Shown in pieces: positions 60,219-64,000 of a DNA stretch of 64,000 nt. The stretch is from an uncultured archaeon. Its GTDB lineage: Archaea > EX4484-52 > JAADEF01. The notes below the pieces were generated by a model that was not told the origin of the DNA, ran no database searches, and saw only the letters and a list, made by a program, of their open reading frames with translations. A program made the position numbers and the translations under genes. The DNA is taken from positions 28,316 to 92,315 of the forward strand of contig CAYOWP010000003.1 in the NCBI GenBank assembly GCA_964407715.1. The letters are read 5' to 3'. Positions within the stretch are counted from its first letter, which is position 1, and each line of letters starts with the position of its first letter.

Positions 60219-61268
60219 CTAATCTTCAAAATCATCCACAATCACATAAGGTATAGGAGATAAAAAACTGAAATTACAATGAAAGTTATATGCTCCAACA
60301 TTCAAAAATGTTAATGTATCTCCTATCTCAATATCATTTTCAAAGCATGCTGAATATCTAAAAATATCTAAACTGTCTAATGTGTTCCCTTTAATAGTAT
60401 AGCAATATTTGCCATTTTGGCTCTCTTCCAAGATAGGCAACCTATGATGTAAAAGATATGTATCCATATAGGCATTGTATATGGAAGCGTTAACAACCAA
60501 TGTTTTCTCATATTTATTTATCACTTTAACCTTCAACCTCACAGAAGGTGCGGCAATATATCTTCCAGGTTCCATCACCAACTTTATATTTAAATCATTA
60601 AGTTTTTTTCTAAAGATATCAATATTGTAAAATATATATTTGAGATCCGGCTTTGAATTTATATATTTCCATGGTATTCCACCACCTATATTAACATATC
60701 TTATATCGTATTTTTTAAGGAAATTCTCACTAAACATATCAAAAAAATCCTCAAAGATATACCACTCACCAATATTTTGAGTTCTCTTGTGGAAATGCAA
60801 TCCAAGATTATACTTATTTGAGAGATCATATCTTTTAATAATGTCCTCAATTTTTTTCCAGGAAATACCATAAACAAAGTATTTACCCGTATAAAATGTA
60901 TGTTCCCTATATTTCACCCTGATATAGATGTCTTCAACATCTCCAACAGAAATAACCTTTTTTAAATCATTCTCATTATCAACGATAAATTTTTTAATTC
61001 CCTTATCAAGTATTTTTTCAATTTCTTCTTTTGATTCGGAGTGTACATAGTATAGGCTTTTCTTTAAAGTATCCTCATCCAAATCTCGAAGACTATTGAT
61101 GTGATTCAAGCATAAACCAATTCCATCATTCATCTTTGTAATCAGTTTTCCTATAAAAGGATTCGTCTTATGTGAGTAAAATACAATATCCGATCTCCGC
61201 TTTAGATCCCATATTCTTCTTTTTATCTCTTTTTTGCTTACAATAAAAAAGGGTTCTTTATATTTCAT
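60219..61268 (-). CDS. PLP-dependent group IV (Orn/DAP/Arg-type) decarboxylase
   Basis: YSHKTN (PLP Lys), HFH, NIGGG, EPGR, GAY. Confidence 0.85.
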   Translation of the reverse strand: MKYKEPFFIVSKKEIKRRIWDLKRRSDIVFYSHKTNPFIGKLITKMNDGIGLCLNHINSLRDLDEDTLKKSLYYVHSESKEEIEKILDKGIKKFIVDNENDLKKVISVGDVEDIYIRVKYREHTFYTGKYFVYGISWKKIEDIIKRYDLSNKYNLGLHFHKRTQNIGEWYIFEDFFDMFSENFLKKYDIRYVNIGGGIPWKYINSKPDLKYIFYNIDIFRKKLNDLNIKLVMEPGRYIAAPSVRLKVKVINKYEKTLVVNASIYNAYMDTYLLHHRLPILEESQNGKYCYTIKGNTLDSLDIFRYSACFENDIEIGDTLTFLNVGAYNFHCNFSFLSPIPYVIVDDFED

Positions 61269-62391
61269 AAAACAAAATTTGATTCATAAAAATTTAAAAT
61301 ATTGCAACATAAAGAAACATATGGTTCACATAACCTCGCCGCCAGATATAATAGTAAGTTCCAAAAATCCTAAAAAAATAATATTAGCAAGTAATTTCTC
61401 ATATAACCTGAATCTTTTAAGCAAGTACAAAGATTTAAGCTATCAATTAAAATTAAACGAGATAAAGAAGTTCTTATATTTCAGAAATAAATTTGATTTT
61501 GGAATAGGAGAGATAAATCCAAAGGATAAAAGAAACTTAGAGAAATTACAGTTTATGATTATGAGCAAAACAGCACCAGAAATAGAAGTAACTCTAAAAA
61601 GAAAAATATATAACAAACAAATCGAGGATAATTTACCCCCTTTTAAAATATCTTATCTCTTTAAAAACATAGAAGATATTGATAACATAAAAATTCCAAA
61701 GCATGTAGAGAAGGTATATTATGACTATGATTTGAAAGCAATAGATGGAATGCTATATCTTTATAAGAAAGGATATGATATAGAAAATATCTCACGATAT
61801 TTAAGTATGGGCATATTGGGAAAAGAAGCAAATAGAAGGATCATACCTACAAAGCATGCCATTAGCGCATCTGATAGTTATATCGCAGATAAAATGATAA
61901 AAAACATAAGAACATACGAGATTTTGGATGAAATATATCTCTTTTATGGGGAACATTATGATAATCACTTCACAATTCTTTTTCTTCCAAGAGAATTCTC
62001 CTTTGAGCTAATTGAAATTATAAGATACAAATCTCATCCAATTATCAAAGCAGACTATGAGGACTTTTATGGAAGAAAAACATATGCTGAAAACACAGGC
62101 GGTGGTTATTATGCCATAAGATTTGGAATAACAGAATATTTAGAACACTTAAAAAAGCAAGCATCAGTGGTGGTGGTAAGGGATATAAAGCCATCATATT
62201 ACATGTCCTTAGGGGTGTGGGTATTAAGAGAGAGCATAAGAGAAATCACATCAAAAAAATTGCCAAAGCGTTTTAGCAATATAAATCTTGTTCTTGAATA
62301 TTTAAAACAAAAAAGTGAAGCTATGGTGTATAAGAAGCTATCAAAAAGCTTTGTGATAAGGAGCTTTATCAAACAACGTAAGTTATTTTGA
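61234..62391 (+). CDS. nreA: Nre-family DNA repair protein (likely start 61321)
   Basis: SPP, RRIIPT..AISA.D, DYE.F.GR..YA....G.YYA.R, Y...LGVWVLRE; terminal PIP-like QRKLF. Confidence 0.85.
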   Translation: MLTIKKGSLYFIKQNLIHKNLKYCNIKKHMVHITSPPDIIVSSKNPKKIILASNFSYNLNLLSKYKDLSYQLKLNEIKKFLYFRNKFDFGIGEINPKDKRNLEKLQFMIMSKTAPEIEVTLKRKIYNKQIEDNLPPFKISYLFKNIEDIDNIKIPKHVEKVYYDYDLKAIDGMLYLYKKGYDIENISRYLSMGILGKEANRRIIPTKHAISASDSYIADKMIKNIRTYEILDEIYLFYGEHYDNHFTILFLPREFSFELIEIIRYKSHPIIKADYEDFYGRKTYAENTGGGYYAIRFGITEYLEHLKKQASVVVVRDIKPSYYMSLGVWVLRESIREITSKKLPKRFSNINLVLEYLKQKSEAMVYKKLSKSFVIRSFIKQRKLF

Positions 62392-62409
62392 GAAGGAAAA
62401 TTCTATTCT

Positions 62410-63807
62410 CTAATATAGATATGCATTAAGATAATAAGCATTCTCTCCTTTTAATTTGAAGTCCTTCTCAATTATTTTTTCATCTTTAATTATTTTCACA
62501 TGATAATTGGAAATCTTTTTGTTTAACATAAATTCTATCTCGTATTCTATCTTTGAAGCGTAATTATATATATTAAGAGAAGGTATTTGTAAGTTCTCAT
62601 ATAACCTTACATTATTAAATTCCACATGCTCTATATTGCGCGGAAGATAAAAAGCGTGAAAAACTTTGCCACTATTGCTTATCTTTATATTTAAAAATAG
62701 TTTATTAAATGCTCTAATAAAAAGAAACATCATCTCAACAATTTTATTTTCTGATTTAAGTTTATCAATCAAAGAGAAGTTTATTATATCATAGAAAGTG
62801 TTCGAGAATGTCTCTAAGAGATTGTATCCCTCACGATAATGTCCCTCATCTATTAATTTATTAGATAAGAGCAAAGTATGATATAAGCTCCTACCAAGGA
62901 TATTCTCATCAGCCCCTTCCATCCATGAAACCTTTTTTCCTTGTAAATCATCTACAAAAATTTTCATATCCTTAGATAAGGATTTTTCATATTCTTTAAG
63001 AAGTTTTCTATTTATTCTGCGATACAAATAATAATCTCGCAATACCTCATAGAACTTATTTGAGAAAATAGCATGCTTTAAATATGCGTAAAAGTAATTA
63101 TATATTCTCTTTATTGAAGTATTGTTAATATCAACTATTTCTTCTTTTTGTTCAACTGGAGAAAATATAAGATATGCGCTATCATATCTATCAATATCAT
63201 CAGAGATATAGAGGTCAAGCACAGGTATGTCCTTATTTAATGTGGTTTTTAATGTTGCTATATGTTTAAAAATGTTTTTATCCTTTGTGATCTTTATGTT
63301 CTTATCATATTGCCATTCCATCTTGATTTCCTTTCCTGGAGTTCCTATAAGTATTTCCTTATTGCAAACACCATCTCTTAAAGAAATAATCAATGCATCA
63401 CGAAGATCATCATATGATACCTTTATAGTTTCTTCTTTTTCTGCACTCATCTCAATAAAAACATCCACAGATACAGGAATATTCCTCTTTGAATAGGAAT
63501 AGTCAGAAACCTCTAAGGATATATTTGCAATATCTCCCTTAACATTGGATAACATCCTAACCTTCATATTTCTCTTGTGATCTCTTATGAATTCCATAAG
63601 TGTTGAAAGCAAATATGACTCATAATACTTTAATGAATTATTTGGATATGCTGTATCGAATACATTGAATTTCAAATAAATCTTAATTCCATTATTAAAT
63701 TGGATTACAACATAATTATTATTGAAATCTGAATATACCTTCATATAAGATGCTATAAATAATATCTCCTCAGATTTCAAAGATACTTTATTTTTTATGA
63801 TTACCAT
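62410..63807 (-). CDS. Hypothetical protein
   Basis: 465-aa ORF, no recognisable motif. Confidence 0.6.
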   Translation of the reverse strand: MVIIKNKVSLKSEEILFIASYMKVYSDFNNNYVVIQFNNGIKIYLKFNVFDTAYPNNSLKYYESYLLSTLMEFIRDHKRNMKVRMLSNVKGDIANISLEVSDYSYSKRNIPVSVDVFIEMSAEKEETIKVSYDDLRDALIISLRDGVCNKEILIGTPGKEIKMEWQYDKNIKITKDKNIFKHIATLKTTLNKDIPVLDLYISDDIDRYDSAYLIFSPVEQKEEIVDINNTSIKRIYNYFYAYLKHAIFSNKFYEVLRDYYLYRRINRKLLKEYEKSLSKDMKIFVDDLQGKKVSWMEGADENILGRSLYHTLLLSNKLIDEGHYREGYNLLETFSNTFYDIINFSLIDKLKSENKIVEMMFLFIRAFNKLFLNIKISNSGKVFHAFYLPRNIEHVEFNNVRLYENLQIPSLNIYNYASKIEYEIEFMLNKKISNYHVKIIKDEKIIEKDFKLKGENAYYLNAYLY

Positions 63808-63865
63808 AATCTAATATTTAAGATAAATGAAAATATATATTTTAAATTTGCCAATTCGAAAATGC

Positions 63866-64000
63866 CCTCCTCACAAGATATCAAAAGGTTATGTACTGCA
63901 AATCCTTTGTAAGAAGCGATTTCATATAGTTAACCAAAATTTTTATTTTTGAAATGGTTAACGGGCAGCATACCTTATCCATAGCATATTACAGCAGCTA
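63866..64000 (+). repeat. Start of another hairpin-module array, truncated by the window end
   Basis: CTGCAA...AGCGATT...GTTAACC-linker-GGTTAACGGGCAGCATACC...GCAGCTA. Confidence 0.88.

Noticed and set aside
1616-63496. Numerous short antisense or nested ORFs in the track (e.g. 4025..4423, 13698..14120, 54337..54771)
   Set aside because: They are shadows of well-supported genes on the opposite strand or frame

Overview
AT-rich (about 30% GC), gene-dense archaeal chromosome segment, most consistent with a DPANN lineage. The lineage call is inferred from gene content: a streamlined spc-operon tail (uL18-uS5-uL30-uL15-secY-DUF106-eL34-eL14, then EF-1alpha), PolD DP1, RFC-S, ATP-dependent ligase, eS26, many surface proteins, a type IV pilus locus and GT4 glycosyltransferases. 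It also holds tRNA-Cys(GCA), tRNA-Ser(GCT) and two probable C/D-box sRNAs. The most striking feature is non-coding: roughly 5.5 kb (about 8-9%) is one family of ~105-140 bp imperfect-hairpin modules (GGTTAAnGGGAA...GCAGCTAACC-loop-GGTTAnCATGCTnCAA...TCCCGTTAACC). These occur as mosaic tandem arrays and also as the cargo of a MITE-like element with GGCATTGTCCAATAATT terminal inverted repeats and 9-bp target duplications (8 copies, all in the same orientation). They lie mostly between divergent promoters, and no transposase is present in the window. A type IV pilin gene also appears split by an inserted NosD-like beta-helix gene.
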